Source: Mustelus asterias
Lineage: Eukaryota
Assembly (NCBI RefSeq): GCF_964213995.1
Contig: NC_135804.1
Location: forward strand, 2,976,001 to 3,040,000
Direction: 5' to 3'
DNA: 64,000 nucleotides
Shown: in pieces, positions 35,862 through 50,383 of the stretch
How the letters are laid out: each line of letters opens with the position of its first letter
Position numbering within the stretch: position 1 is the first letter of the stretch
Notes under the pieces: generated by a model
What the model saw: only the letters and a program-made list of their open reading frames with translations
What the model was told of the DNA's origin: nothing
Databases searched by the model: none
Made by a program: the position numbers and the translations under genes

Positions 35862-38197
35862 TCATAGAGGTTTACAGCATGGAAACAGGCCCTTCGGTCC
35901 AACTTGTCCATACTGCCTTTTTTCTTTTAAAAAAACCCTAAGCTAACCCCAATTGCCCGCATTTGGTTCATATCCCTCTATACCCATTGTACCCATGTAA
36001 CTATCTAAATGCTTTTTAAAAGACAAAATTGTACCCACCTCTACTACTACCTCTGGCAGCTTGTTCCAAACACTCACCACCCTCTGTGTGAAAAAATTGC
36101 CCCTGTGAACACTTTTGTATGTCTCCCCGCTCACCTTAAACCTATGCCCTCTAGTTTTAGACTCCCCTACTTTTGGGAAAAGATATTGACAATCTAGCTG
36201 ATCTATGCCTCTCACTATTTTAAAGGCCTCTTTAAGATCACCCCTCAGCCTCCTATGCTCCAGAGATAAAAGCCCCAGTCTATTCAGCCTCTCCTTATAA
36301 CTCAATCCATCAAGTCCCGGTAGCATCCTAGTAAATCTTTTCTGCACTCTTTCTAGTTTAATAATATTCTTCCTATAATAGGGTGACCAGAATTGCACAC
36401 AGTATTCCAAGTGTGGCCTTACTAATGTCTTGTACAACTTCAACAAAATGTCCCAACTCCCATATTCAATGTTCTGACCGATGAAACCAAGCATGCCGAA
36501 TGCCTTCTTCACCACTCTGTCCACTTGTGACTCCACTTTCAAGGAGCTATGAACATGTACCCCTAGATCTCTTTGTTCTGTAACTCTCCCCAACACCCTA
36601 CCATTAACTGAGTAAGTCCTGCCCTGGTTCAAACTACCAAAATGCATCACCTCGCATTTGTCTAAATTAAACTCCATCTGCCATTCGTCAGCCCACTGGC
36701 CCAATTGATCAAGATCCCGTTGCAATTGGAGATAACTTTCTTCACTGTCCACTATGCCACCAATCCTAGTGTCATCTGTAAACTTACTAACCATATCTCC
36801 TATATTCTCATCCAAATCATTAATATAAATGACAAATAACAGTGGACCCAGTACTGGCCCCTGTTCACAGGGCTCCAGTTTGAAAAACAACCCTCTACAA
36901 CCACCCTCTGGCTTCTGTGAAGAACCCAATTTTGTATCCATTTAGATACCTCACCCTGGATCCCGTGAGACTTAACTTTATGCAACAACCTACCATGCGG
37001 TACCTTGTCAAAGGCCTTGCTAAAGTCCACGTAGACAACATCAACTGCACTGCCCTCATCTACATTCTTGGTTACCCCTTCAAAAAACTCAGTCAAATTT
37101 GTGAGAGATGATTTTTCACTCTCAAAGGCATGCTGACTGTCCCTAATCAGTCCTTGTGTCTCTAAATGCCTGTAGATCCTGTCTCTCAAAATACCTTCCA
37201 ACAATTTATCCACGACAGATGTGAGATTCACTGGCCTGTAGTTCCCAGGCTTTTCCCTGCAGCACTTTTTAAACAAAGGCACAATATTTGCCACACTCCA
37301 ATCTTCAGGCACCTCACCCGTGACTATCGATGATTCAAATATCTCGGCTAGGGGACCCGCAATTTCCTCCCTAGCCTCCCACAATGTCCTGGGATACACT
37401 TCATCAGGTCCCAGGGATTTATCTATCTTGATGCGCTTTAAGACTTCCAGCACCACCTCCTCTGTAATATGTACACTCCTCAAGACATCACTATTTATTT
37501 CCCCAAGTTCCCTAACATCCATGCTTTTCTCAACAGTAAATGCTGATGAGAAACATTCATTTAGGATCTCGCCCATCTCTTGTGGACCTGCACATAGATG
37601 ACCTTGTTGATCCTTAAGAGGCCCTACTCTCTCCCTTGTTACTCTTTTGCCCTTTATGTATTTGTAGAAGCTCTTTGCATGCTCCTTTGCCTTATCTGCC
37701 AAAACAATCTTGTGTCCCCTTTTAGCCCTCTTGATTTCTCTCTTAACTCTACTCCTACACCCCCTACTCTTCAAGGGATTCACTTGACCCCAGCTGCCTA
37801 TGCATGTCATGTGTCTCTCTCTTCTTCTTGACCAGGGCCTCAATATCCTGAGTCATCCAGGGTTCCCTACTTCTGCCAGCCTTGCCCTTCGCTCTAAGAG
37901 GAATGTGTTTACCCTGAACCCTGGTTAACACACTTTTGAAAGCATGCCACTTACCAGACATCCCTCTGCCTTCCCACAGACTCCCCCAATTAACTTTTGA
38001 AAGTTCCTGCCTGATAGCATCAAAATTGGCCTTGCCCCAATTTAGAATTTTAACTTTTGGGCCAGACCTATCATTCGCCATAGCTATCTTAAAACCAATA
38101 GAATTATGGTCACTGGTCCCAAAGTGATACCTCACGAACACTTCTGTCACCTGCCCTTCCTTATTTCCCAAGAGGAGGTCAAGGTTTGCCCCCTCTC
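35862..38197 (-). mobile_element. CR1/HER1 LINE, 2.3-kb 5'-truncated copy
   Basis: Overlapping ORFs 37764-38171 (SDHNSIGF), 36800-37843 ([22 protein letters not shown]) and 35943-36941 (FTDDTRIGG, LVRPHLEYC), joined by frameshifts. Confidence 0.95.
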
Positions 38198-38689
38198 TTT
38201 TCAGTATTTGTTATCTTCAGTCATACTGTTAATATATTTGTGCACTTTTTTAACCCATCCATTTAATTCTCTGATTCCATCTTTCTGGTGGTCCACCACA
38301 ATGTTCCTTGGTGAGAGGGAGCATTGGCAGTGCCAACCTCGAGGCAGGTGATATGTGCAGTTTTATTAGGGTTGGGTGGGATTGGCTCCAGCTTAACTGA
38401 TTCTTATTGGTAAAGGTTTTTAAGAAAAATATCCTACGTTTACATATTTGCTTCTCGGAAAGATATCTTGAGGGCTTTATTGACAAGAAGGGGACATGGC
38501 AGACAATGTTTCAGCAGCTCAGTGCTCTTCGTGGATTGTGGTACCAGCAGTAAATAAATGAGTGAGAGTGAGTGGCAGGGTGGCATTGATATCTTGTAGT
38601 ACAAAGATTCTCTTTCTATGTCTCTGGGTTTAACATAACTTCAGTTCCTTACCCCTACTTTGTTTCTCAACAAGGACACTATAATGCAG

Positions 38690-41025
38690 CAGCTTTAATA
38701 TATTCACGCATCGCAGAGGTGTTATCAAACAAAATTTAACTCTGACCACTTGAGATATTAGGGCAGGTAACCAAAAGCTTGGTTGAAGAGGTAGGTTTTA
38801 AGAAGAGATTTAAAAAAGGAAAGAGAAATGGAGGTTTAGAGGGGAATTCCTTAGGAGCTTGGCAGCTGAAGATAGTGAAGATAGAAGATAGGAATAGGCT
38901 GTTTTGGATTAGGTATTGTATAATGAGATGGGATTAATTAATGATCTTGTAGTAAAGGATCCTGTAGGGAAGAGTGATCATTGCAGACTTGAATTTCAAA
39001 TTCAGTTTGAATCCCACACTAGTGTTCTGGTATTAAACCATGGTGATGACATAGGCAGGAGGACAGCTTTGGCCCTCGTGGACTGTGGCAGCAGAGATAG
39101 TGGAGGTCTTGGTTATAATATTCAAAAATTCCCTGGATTCTGGAAAGATTCCGTGGATTGGAAAAAGTCTAATGTAACATCTCTGTTCAAAAAGAGAGAA
39201 AGACAGAAAGTAGGAAACTATCGACCAGCTGGTTTAACATGTTGTCGTTGGGAAGCTGTTGAATTCATTATTAAGGTAATAGGAAGGGGACATTTGAAAA
39301 GTCAAAATGCAATCATCAGAGTCAGCACGGTTTTATGGGTAAGTTGCGTTTGATTAATTTGCTGGACTTCTTTGAAGATGTAACAAACAAACAAAGTGGA
39401 TAATGAGAGGGGAGGGGGAGGGGGGTTTCAGTCAATGTGGAGTATCTGGACTTCTAGAAAGCATTTGGTAAGGTGTCACGCAAAAAGATTAATACACAAG
39501 AAGATCTCACAGGGTTGGGGTAATAATTAGCTTGGATAGAGGATTGGCCAACCAACACAAAGCAAAGAATTGGGATAAATTGGTCTTTTTCTGGTTACAA
39601 GCTGTAACTAGTGGGGTGCCACAGGGTTCGGTCGTCAGGCCCCAAATATTTACAATCTATGTTAATGACTTGGATTCAGAGATAGTAGGTACCGGAGCCA
39701 AGTTTGCAGATGGCACTAAAATAGGTGGGAAAGTTGCAATGAGGAAATAAGAAATTTACAAATGGATGTGGATAGGTTAGGTGAGTGGGCCAAAATTTGG
39801 CAGACAGAATTTAATGTGGATAAATGTGAGGTTATCCATTTTGGTCGGAAGAATAAAAGGCAACTTATTATCTAACTTGAGAGAAACTTCAAAATGCTTC
39901 AGTGTAGAGGGATCTGGGTGTCCCTGTGAATGCAGCTGTGGCAGGTAATAAGGAAAGCAAATGGAATTCTGACATTCATTGCTAATGTAATAGCTATAAA
40001 GGTAGGGAAGTGCGGTTGTAACTGTATAGAGCATTGGTGTGAGACTGCATCTGGAGTACTGCGCACAGTTGTGGTCCCCTTAGTTGAGGAAGGATGTAAA
40101 TTCATTGGAGACAGTTCAGAGAAGGTTCACTAGGTTGATTCCAGGGATGAAGGACTTCTTTTGAAGAGAGATTGAGAGGTTTAGGTCTATACTCACTGGA
40201 ACTTAAAGGGATGAAAGAAGATCTAAGTGAGGTTATGTAAGATGCTAAAGGGGATTGACAGGGGAGATGTTTGGCGAGTGTTTCCCCCTTTAAGGAGATA
40301 GATAGGTTTATAGTGGGATGAAGGGTTATTGGGAGCGGGTAGGTAGCTGGAGATGAGACCGAGATGATTGTATTGAATGGTGGAGCAGGTTCAAGGGGCT
40401 TAATTGCCTACTCCTGCTCCTAGTTCTTATGTGTTAATGGTGGAGTGATTTAAAATGGGCACTGCTCAAGTGATGGTTTGGTGAGAGTTCAGATGTGGGC
40501 AGCAGAGTTTTAGATGAGTTCAAGTATATTTAGGGTACAATGTGAGAGACTGACCAGCAGAATGCTAGAATAGCCAAGTCTAGAGGTAGCAAAGGTGAAA
40601 ATGAGAATTTCAGCAGCAGGTTAGCTGCGACGGGCAAAGCCAGACAATGCTACTGAGGTGGAAATAGATGGTCTTAATGATGGTGAGGATTTGTGGTTTG
40701 AAGCTTATCTCAGAGTTGAATATGACGTCAAGGTTGCAAACAGTCTGGTCCAGCCTCAAACTTTTGCCAGGAAGTGGGATGGAGTCAGTGGTATGCGAAC
40801 AGAGTTTACAATGAGAACTGAAGACAATTCCTGCTCATCCAGTACTGGATGTTAGATAAGCATACCAACAATTTGGAGACTAGAGGAATTGAGGGAGTTG
40901 GTGGTGTATTAGAGTTGAGTATTGTCAACGTACATGTGAAAGCTAACACTGTCTTTGGATGATTTGCCAAGGGACAGTGAGTAAATGGGAAATAGGGAGG
41001 GACCAGGGATTGATCCTTGGTCATC
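38690..41025 (-). mobile_element. Decayed L2-clade LINE, interrupted by CR1
   Basis: ORF 40909-41160 ends QGSIPGPSLFPIYSLSLG...FHMYVDNTQL (the L2 YADD region) and CLSNIQYWMSRNCLQF; 3' tail at ~38690-38880. Confidence 0.7.
38895..40433 (+). mobile_element. Heavily decayed CR1 LINE
   Basis: GKSDH, GNYRPAGLT and TSGVPQGSVVRPQIFTIYVNDL...FADGTKIGG; tail ctcctgctcctagttcttatg. Confidence 0.85.
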
Positions 41026-41043
41026 AGAGGTAAGTGTGGGTGC

Positions 41044-43091
41044 AGGAAGAGAAGGATAACGAAGGAAATAAAGGAGAGTATTAAAATAAAAACAGCTGCG
41101 TACAGAGTGGCCAAAAATAGTGGAGAAACAAGTGATTGGGAAAAATTTAAGAAACAACAAAGAGAGACTAAGAAAGCGATAAAGAAAGGAAGGATAGACG
41201 ATGAAGCTAGGCTAGCAATTAATATAAAAAATGATAGTAAAAGTTTTTATAAATATATAAAAAGGAATAGAGTGGCTAGAGTGAATGTTGGACCCTTGGA
41301 GGACGAGAGGGGGGAGTTAATAGTGGGAAATGAGGATATGGCTGAGTCTTTAAATAAGTTTTTTGTGTCGGTCTTCACGGTGGAGGACACAAATAGTTTG
41401 CCAAATATTAACGATAGAGGGTTGGCAGCAGGAGAAATACTTAATACAATTAATGTTACCAGAGAGGCAGTGCTGGGTAGACTAATGGGACTGAAGGTGG
41501 ACAAGTCCCCGGGTCCGGATGGAATGCATCCCAGGGTATTGAAAGAAATGTCAGAGGTAATAGTGGATGCGTTAGTGATTATTTATCAAAACTCGTTGCA
41601 TTCTGGGGTAGTGCCGGTTGATTGGAAAACGGCTAATGTTACGCCGCTGTTTAAAAAAGGAAGGAGACAAAAGGCGGGTAACTATAGGCCGGTCAGCTTA
41701 ACGTCTGTAGTAGGGAAAATGCTGGAATCCATTATTAAAGAGGAGATAGCAGGGCATCTGGATAGAAATGGTTCGATCAATCAGACGCAGCATGGATTCA
41801 TGAGGGGAAAGTCGTGCTTGACGAACATGTTGGATTTTTATGAAGATGTGACTAGGGCGGTTGATGGAGGAGAACCGGTGGATGCGGTGTTTTTGGATTT
41901 CCAAAAGGCGTTTGATAAGGTGCCCCATAAAAGGCTGCTGAAGAAGATTAGGGCACACGGAGTTGGGGGTAGTGTGTTAAAGTGGATTGGGGACTGGCTA
42001 TCCGACAGGAAGCAAAGAGTCGGAATAAATGGGTGTTTTTCCGGTTGGAGGAAGGTAACTAGTGGCGTGCCGCAGGGATCGGTACTCGGGCCGCAACTAT
42101 TTACCATTTATATAGATGATCTGGAGGAGGGGACGGAGTGTAGGGTAACGAAGTTTGCAGACGACACAAAGATAAGTGGAAAAGTGAATCGTGTGGAGGA
42201 CGGAGAAGATCTGCAGAGAGATTTGGACAGGCTGAGTGAGTGGGCGAGGATATGGCAAATGGAGTATAACGTTGAGAAATGCGAGGTTATACACTTTGGA
42301 GGAAATAATAACAAATGGGATTACTATCTCAATGGAAACAAATTAAAACATGCTACCGTGCAAAGGGACCTGGGGGTCCTTGTGCAGGAGACGCAAAAGC
42401 CCAGTCTGCAGGTACAACAGGTGATCAAGAAGGCAAATGGGATGTTGGCCTATATTGCGAGGGGGATAGAATATAAAAGCAGGGATGTCTTGATGCACCT
42501 GTACAGGGCATTGGTGAGGCCGCAGCTGGAATACTGTGTGCAGTATTGGTCCCCTTATATGAGGAAGGATATATTGGCATTGGAGGGAGTGCAGAGAAGG
42601 TTCACCAGGTTGATACCGGAGATGAGGGGTTTGGATTATGAGGAGAGGCTGAGGAGATTGGGTTTGTACTCGTTGGAGTTTAGCAGGATGAGGGGGGATC
42701 TTATGGAGACTTATAAGATAATGCGGGGGCTGGATAGGGTGGAGGCGGAGAGATTCTTTCCACTTAGTAAGGAAGTTAAAACGAGAGGACACAGCCTCAA
42801 AATAAAGGGGGGTCGGTTTAAGACAGAGTTGAGGAGGAACTTCTTCTCCCAGAGGGTGGTGAATCTCTGGAATTCTCTGCCCACTGAGGTGGTGGAGGCT
42901 ACCTCGCTGAATATGTTTAAAGCGCGGATGGATGGATTCCTGATCGGTAAGGGAATTAAGGGTTATGGGGATCAGGCGGGTAAGTGGTACTGATCCACGT
43001 CAGATCAGCCATGATCTTATTGAATGGCGGGGCAGGCTCGAGGGGCTAGATGGCCTACTCCTGCTCCTATTTCTTATGTTCTTATGTTCTT
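41044..43091 (+). mobile_element. Young 5'-truncated CR1 LINE with an uninterrupted RT reading frame
   Basis: ORF 41017-42993 (658 aa) has no stops: [46 protein letters not shown]; endonuclease domain absent; tail (TTCTTATG)n. Confidence 0.97.
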
Positions 43092-44340
43092 TGGATTGGG
43101 TGCTAATGAACTGGGCTGCTTTGTCCTGGATGGTGTTGAGCTACTTGAGTGTTGTTGAAGCTGTGCTTCTCCATGCAAAGTGGAGAGTATTCTATCACAC
43201 TCCTGACTTGTCTTGTAGATTGTGGAAAGACTTTGAGGAGTCAGAAGGTGAGTTACTCACCACTTGTTTTTTAGCCTTTAGATCTGCTCATCTAGCCACA
43301 GTATTTAAGTGGCTCGTCCAGTTACGTTTCTGGTTAATGGTAACCTCCTGGATGTTGATGGTGGGGGATTCGGTGATGGCAATGCTGTTGAATGTTAAGG
43401 AGAGGCAGTTAGATTCTCTTGTTAAAGATGGCCATTAACTAACAGTTATGAGGCAGTTATTTACCACTCATCAACCCATGACTGAATGTTGTCTTGCTGC
43501 ATGCAGGCACAGACTGCTTCTTTATCTGAGAAGATGCAAATGGATTGGTCATTGTGAGGTCATCAATGAATATCTTCACTTCCAGCCATATAATAGAGGG
43601 AGGTTGTTGATGACGTAACTGAAGATGGTTGGACACTCAATCAAATGCAGCCTTGATATCAGGGGCAGTCACTCCCCTCGCCTCTAGAATTCAGCTCTTT
43701 TGTCTATTTTTTGACCAAGACTGTAATGTGGTCTGAAGTTGAGTGGCCCTGACAGGGCTAAGCGTTGTTTAATAGCACTGTCAACCACTTCCATCGCTTA
43801 GCTGACGATTGAGGGTAGATATTGACAGTAATTGGCTGGATTGGATCTGTTCATTTTTTCGTGGACAAGACATAACTGGACATTTTTCCAATTTGTTGGT
43901 TAGATGTCATAGCTGTCGCTGTGTCTGAACAGCTTGGCTAGGGGTGCAGCTAGTTCTTGAGCACAAGGCTTCAGTCAGTATTGTAGCTGGGATATTGTCA
44001 GGGGGAATGGCCTTTCCTGTATCCAGCACATTCAACCATTTCTTGATGTCACTTAGGGTGAATCTAATAGGCTGGAAGCTGGCCGTTGTGATGCTGGGGA
44101 CCTAGAGAGGAGGCCAAAATGGATCATCCACTCAGCATTTCTGGCTGGGCTCATGCATACCCCGCTCCGATTAGTTTAACTGGCTATGGCAGGACTGCAG
44201 AACCTTGATCTGATTCATTGGTTGTGGAATTGCTTAGCTCTGAATATAGCATGCTGCTTCCACTGTACAGTATTTGGCTTCACCAGATTGACACCTCATT
44301 TTCAAGTGCATCTGGTGCTGTTCCTGATGTGCTGTCATCA
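43092..44340 (-). mobile_element. Older CR1-clade LINE fragment (10048 lineage)
   Basis: Minus strand VTAPDIKAAFD (~43640-43672) and an IFIDD-like motif (~43560); collinear with 10400-11750. Confidence 0.7.
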
Positions 44341-45704
44341 GTGCCCAGTTATGAGCTAGGTTATGTGCTTTGATGTAAGCATGTAGGCAAGGGATCCGGA
44401 TTCAAAACAGAAGAGCAGTGCGAGTAGTACAATATAACTATTCTGCCTCTTGGCCATATGGCTCCATTTGGAAATTTCCATTTGTTTTCTAGGCCTTCAA
44501 TGTCTTGCTTTCCTAATTTCAGAGTTGAAGCCGTTCTAATTATGTTTTGCTAATAGGGTACAGAAACTTCATTTTTAAAAATGCCAGTTGTATTGACCCT
44601 CTTGACATTGGTTTCTTTTTCAAAAATAATTCAGAATTCTCTTATTCCTCAAGAGGTTCAAGTCATTCCCTGCACATATTTCCATTTCGCTATTTACTGA
44701 ACTTCATTGACTTGCATGTTTGAGGTAAATTAATGACGAGTGATATTTCTGGTATGATTTGCTTGTTGATGAGTGCATTATATAAGAAATTAACACTAAT
44801 CCTCTAATTATAAAGAAACAGATGGTTTACTTGGGACTCGAGCTTAATACTGGCTGGCTAAATGTTATTTTCCTAAGCTGTTTATGAACCATAGGATGAA
44901 TTTTGCTGCAACCTTAATCTTTTCGTGGTTTCTAGGCACTTTTCCTGCCATTTTCCTTTGAGTTTTGTAATATTAAAAAAGTTATATAAATACATGTTGC
45001 ATCCTTCCCTTCTCTCTAGAATTTGGTCTTCCCAGATATTGTTCCACAGGTGCAGTTTTTAATGTAGCTTGTTACAGCTCGGCTAGTTTGATCCTCCCAG
45101 CACAACATCCACTTCTGCCAAGCACCAGGAGAGTGGGCTGTCGCTAAAACCACTTTAGTTGCTCAGATTGGTTCTCTTTAATATAGTCACATGACATTTG
45201 CATGGTCGTTTTTATGGCAATCCCTGGTAGTTCTTGCTTATTCACAGTTACCAGGCATTGGGAGATTGAACTCTCATGGTCAAGTTTGGATGAAGTTGGC
45301 AGGTTCTCTTCCCATGATAGTGAACCAGTTGAATTTCAGTTGAACAACTCACTGTTTTCCATGGTTATTTTTCTTGTGCCAGTCCACAAATTACTCGATT
45401 TATTGAATTCCAATTCCATTTTATAACTTTTCCAGAAAAGGAAGACTTGTATTTCAGTGGTGTCTCTAATGATCTCAGTGTGAAAGCACAAATGTGATGG
45501 CTGATTTGTGCACAGCAAGCTCCCTCAAAGTGGTTTGATGCTGACCAGATAATTTGATTATTTTTAGATGTTGGTTGAAGGATTGACAGGGAGAACTCCC
45601 TAGCTCTTATTCTCATAGTGCATGAGCGCTACCCACTGAACCATGGCTGGAGTGAAAGGATCTTTCTATGTGATATCACATGTTTCTAAATATTAGTTCA
45701 CACA

Positions 45705-46046
45705 ATGTGAACAATGCTGGCAAGGCTAAAATTTTGGGACCATCCCTAGTTACAACTGAGTGGCTCGCTAGACTAAGTGACCACAAAGCTGTCACATTGT
45801 TCAAAAACCCTAATGCCCTTTAGGGAAGAAAACCTGCCGTCATTGCCTAGTTTGAGCTACAGTATAGATGAGTTCAATCCCACATCAACATGGTTGACTC
45901 TTAACTGTTCCCCTGCAGCAAGAGTTCTCCGTTGCATCAAACCACTAAGTATAAATAGTCAGTAAGAACAATTACTTGGGGCAGTTAGGGATGGGCAATA
46001 AATACTGACCTTGCCTGTGAAACCCGTATCCTGAGAATAAATAAAT
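45705..46046 (+). mobile_element. 3' part of a 10780-family SINE preceded by an inverted tail piece
   Basis: 45775-46046 matches the SINE body and tail; ~45705-45775 is the reverse complement of tail sequence. Confidence 0.65.
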
Positions 46047-46992
46047 CTGTAACTATGTTTTTCAGCAGTGTGAATGTGCTCTGAAGTGCAAAGTGGGAGA
46101 TCAATCTGTAAATCAGTCTGAATAAATTAAATTTTAACCGTTCATGTAGATTGGGGCTCTACTTTAAACTTTGTGGCTAACACAGGATGAATGTTGCAAG
46201 AAATCGCTATTTCCACTAATAAAACTCCTAGGAGCTATAATTTCTTTCTCTAAAAGTGACTTTGCAGATGCCATCCAGAAGTGCTTGGATCAGGTTGTTG
46301 TAAACCTGTCACTAACTTGTTGCTCTTGGCTAATAAATAAAATGTTTTTGTTCCAAAGTGCTGAGATTTTTCCATTCCATTCACAGAAGCGCTGCTCAGT
46401 TGACTGTGAATGGAAATTAGTGTGAGCTGGAGATTTAAGTCTAGATTATTGGTGAAAGATTTAAATTGAAATCTGGGCAGGAATAAAAGTTGAAGATTTG
46501 CTGTGTCTGATGTTATGAATATTCTGGCTTTTGGGGATGAGGTTTGAAGATAAAATGTAAATACATTGCATTTCTGTATTACTTGTACCAATAATTGCAT
46601 AATTTTACAGTGGACAGGGATGTGAACCTTTATGGAGTATAGGACACAGGATTACATGGTGGATGCACTACACTGGTTCTGCCAATGACTGGTCACTTAG
46701 TCAATGACAACGTTGTAGATGAAGTTTACAAGAAGAACATGGTAGTTCTCTTCCAATTCACAATCTTCAATTGTGTGTAAAGATTTCAGGATTTTGAACA
46801 TGACTGTCCTACTCTTGCTCCTTACATAACCGGGGTTATGTAGAGATGATGGTTAAGCAAAACCATAATTTTTAAAATGTTCATATTTGTTTTCAAATAA
46901 CTCAGTGGCCTCACTCTTCCATCTCTCTGTAACCACCATTGAGTTATCTGCCCGTCTCCCATTTTGTTTCTTGAGCATCTTCAATTTTAATT

Positions 46993-47275
46993 AAATATTT
47001 ATTGGTGTCACAAGTAAGGCTTACATTAACACTGTAATGAAGTTACTGTGAAAATCCCTGAGTCGCCACACTTCGGCGCCTGTTCGAGTACACTGAGGAA
47101 GAATTTAGCATGGCCAGTGCACCTAACCAGCACGTCTTTCGGACTGTGGGAGGAAACCCATGCAGACATGGGGAGAATGTGCAGACTCTGCATAGCCAGT
47201 CACCGAAGCCGGGAATCAAACCCAGATCCCTGGCACTATGAGGTATCAGTGCTAACCACTGTGCCACTGTGCTGC
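46993..47275 (-). mobile_element. V-SINE with Rex-like tail nested in an L2 remnant
   Basis: Reverse complement of the 49017-49320 family, with a deletion in the V core. Confidence 0.88.
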
Positions 47276-49016
47276 GTCACCATTGGTGGCCATGCCTTTA
47301 GTAGAACCTAAACTCTGAAATTCTCTTTCTAAACCGCTCTGCTTTTCTACTTTCCTCTCCATTGAGATGCTCCTTACTCCTTGACAAAGGTTTTGGTCAT
47401 CTGCCTTTATCACCTTTTGTGTTTTGTTTGGCAACATTTGGAAGTGCCTTGGAACATTTTACTACATTAAAGGCAAGTTGTTTTTGATTTGAATGAATCT
47501 AGGAGTGAATAACTTTGTCAGCATATTCATATACCCACGACTGCAGAAATATTCAGTCTGGTTGGTGACTTGCAATGTCCTATATCTCCGCTATTGTGGG
47601 CAACATTTATCTGAATGCTGCATGTGCAGATTTTTTCCCGAGTTGCATGTTTGTATTGTCTGCCTGTTCTGCTGATAAATTCATGGGATGTTTTAGAAAA
47701 AATGCTGAGATACAAGACCTCCTTGTTTGACTTGTTTATCATCTCTCAGTGAGCATTGTTCACTGACAGAGAGTCTTTTATCCCCTTAAGATATGAATTC
47801 AGAGTGTTCAATTTATTTGATGTGAGCTTGTGTTTAATGCCATTGCTTATTATAAGGGAGAGAAAATGTTGTCTTTTTTAGGACATTTAGATTTTCATAT
47901 GGAAACATCCACTTGCTGTGCTAATCTCAGCTACTTGAGTCGATAGCCCATTTTACATCCCTCACAATATTACATTTCAATTGACTTCAAACAAGATAGA
48001 AGGAATTAGAAAGCTCTTTACCCAGAGAGTGGTGAGAATGTGAAGCATGCTACCACATGCGGTGGTTGAGTTAAGTAACAAATGTATATAAGGGGAAGCT
48101 AAATCTGTCCACGAGGGAGAAAGAAATAGAGGATATTTTGAAAGTGTGGGAGGAAGCTGATGTGGGACATTAGGACTGACATTCGACTAGCTGGGCTGTT
48201 TCTACATTGCAAATCCTTTATCTATGCCATTCTTTGTTGGAGGTTAATGAGAGACCAGGAGCTGCTGCATGGAGTAGAGGAGCAAGCTGAAGGTAAAATC
48301 AGTTTTATGATTAGGATTGTGCATAGTGTGAAGCAGCATGAAGTTCCACTGGCAAGTCATGTTTAGGGGAAATCCAATACAGGGACTATTATCCACATGC
48401 TTAAAAACAAAACTTAGAACATCTTTAATCCTTCTGCCTTGCCTAACTTTGCTTCCATACGAGGGCTGTTTTAGTTTGAATCCTGGGAAGCTCAAGTCTG
48501 TGAATACTGGTGTTTGCAGCATTTAATCTGGCGCCTTTTTCCTGGGGCCTGGATCACAGATCCATTCCTTGTGATTCTATAATCTGCTGCTGTAATGAAA
48601 AATACTTCTGCTAGTTCTACCGGAATCGGGACTAAAGCATGACAAAGTGTAAAAGTGACCTTGTCTTTCTGGACTCAGCAGCTGGGTCACCTATTCCAGG
48701 GCCTCCGTGCTTGACTGGACTAGGAAATGTCCAAGGTTAGGTACGGACAAGGGACAGGTGGACAGGCTTCCTTCCCTAAAGGACAATTGAATCAGCTGGG
48801 TTTTTACACCAGATATGGTCACTTTACTGAAACCAGCTTTTTATTTCCAAATTTTTAAACCTGATTTTTAAACACTCAAATTGCTGAATTCAAATGGTGG
48901 GATTTGAATTTCTATTCTTTGGGTATTTAGTGTCTCTTGATTAACAGTTTTGTAACATTGCCACTACATTACCATACCTGCCAACTGATTGCTGCCCTCT
49001 TGCATTGAGAGTGTGT

Positions 49017-49320
49017 CAGCACGGTGGCATAGCGGTTCGCACTGCTGCCTCACAGCGCCAAGGGCCCGGGTTCAATTACTGACTTGGGTCATCGTCTGTG
49101 TGGAGTCTGCACGTTCTCCCCCGTATCTGCGTGGGTTCCCTCCGGGTGCTCTGGTTTCCTCCCACAGTCCGAAAGACGTGCTGGTTAGGTGGATTGGCCA
49201 TGCTGAATTCTCCCTCAGTGTACCCGAACAGACCGCCGGAGTGTGGCGACTAGGGGATTTTCGCAGTAACTTCATTGCAGTGCTAAGCCTACTTGTGAAA
49301 CTAATAAATAAACCTAAATT
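49017..49320 (+). mobile_element. V-SINE with Rex-like tail
   Basis: tRNA-like head, V core and tail gcctacttgtgaaactaataaataaa. Confidence 0.9.
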
Positions 49321-50383
49321 CATTTGACCAGATATTTGAGTTTGGCAGTAATACTATTAACAAACCAGTAACCAACTGATGCTCACTGTCTAAATTCTAA
49401 ACCGGAAATAGGCATCTTGTGCGAGAACTGGAGACTGGGTGTCATTGTACTCAACCACAGCAGGGATCAATGTACCAGGGAGGGAGAACATTGGTGTGGG
49501 CGTTAGGTGTGTATAATTTTGCCTTTCTGCTTGCTAGAGAGGTTCCTGTCGTGTCATTCTACCTGACCATATGAATTCATGCAGATAATTCATGTGGAAA
49601 ATCTATTAGACTGATAGCCATGTCTTCACTCGTGTTCATTCAGCTCTCCTACGTTGCTGGATTTAACACTGGGTTGAGCTGCTGTTCTAATATTGTTAGC
49701 ACAGACTGTTAACAAAATATGACTCCAATCACTGAGCAGTAGATGGCAATTTTACTTATGGGACATAAAATGCTCATTAAAGGAAGAAAGGATTTGCATT
49801 TTTATAGCAAATGTTGTGAAATGTCCCAAACATTTCACAGCCAATTAGTTACTTTAAATGTAGTCACTGCTTTGCAATAAAAGGTGGCAACTGATTTACA
49901 CATACCAAATCAGATTATGACGAGTTAATCTGCTTTGCTGCTTTTGTTTTGAGGTATGAATGTTGGCCAGTGTATCTTAAAGAACTCCCCTGCTTCTCTC
50001 TCTCTCTCATTCAGAGAGGACCTTGTTCCACTGGACAGCCTTTTCTTCACTGAAGTGTTGCCATTGGTGCCCTTGTCTCACTGGGTCAGAATGCTGCGTT
50101 GCCTTTCCTGCAAGGCTCAGGTGTAAACTAGCTGTGGTAGTGTCTGCAAAATGCCCAAGGCTCATGACGATGTTTGCATGGGGAATAGGAGGAGGCACTT
50201 GAGCTTGTTTTGCCATTCAATTAGTTTTTCACTTAATCTTCCATGGGATATGAGCATCACTGGCAAGGCTAGCATTTGTTGCCCCTTCCTATTTGTCCCT
50301 GAGAAGGTGGTGGTTCGCTGTTTTCTTGAACCACTGCAGTTCATCTGTTTAGACTTTTCCACAGAAGTTTGCTGCAACTGAGT

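Noticed and set aside
41017-42993. 658-aa ORF as a host gene or domesticated RT
   Set aside because: It is a 5'-truncated CR1 ORF2 with a LINE tail; the nominal start codon lies in unrelated flanking sequence.
41037-43103. tgggtgc on both sides of the young CR1 as a TSD
   Set aside because: The right copy is offset from the tail and the two flanks belong to different old elements, so it is not a clean duplication.
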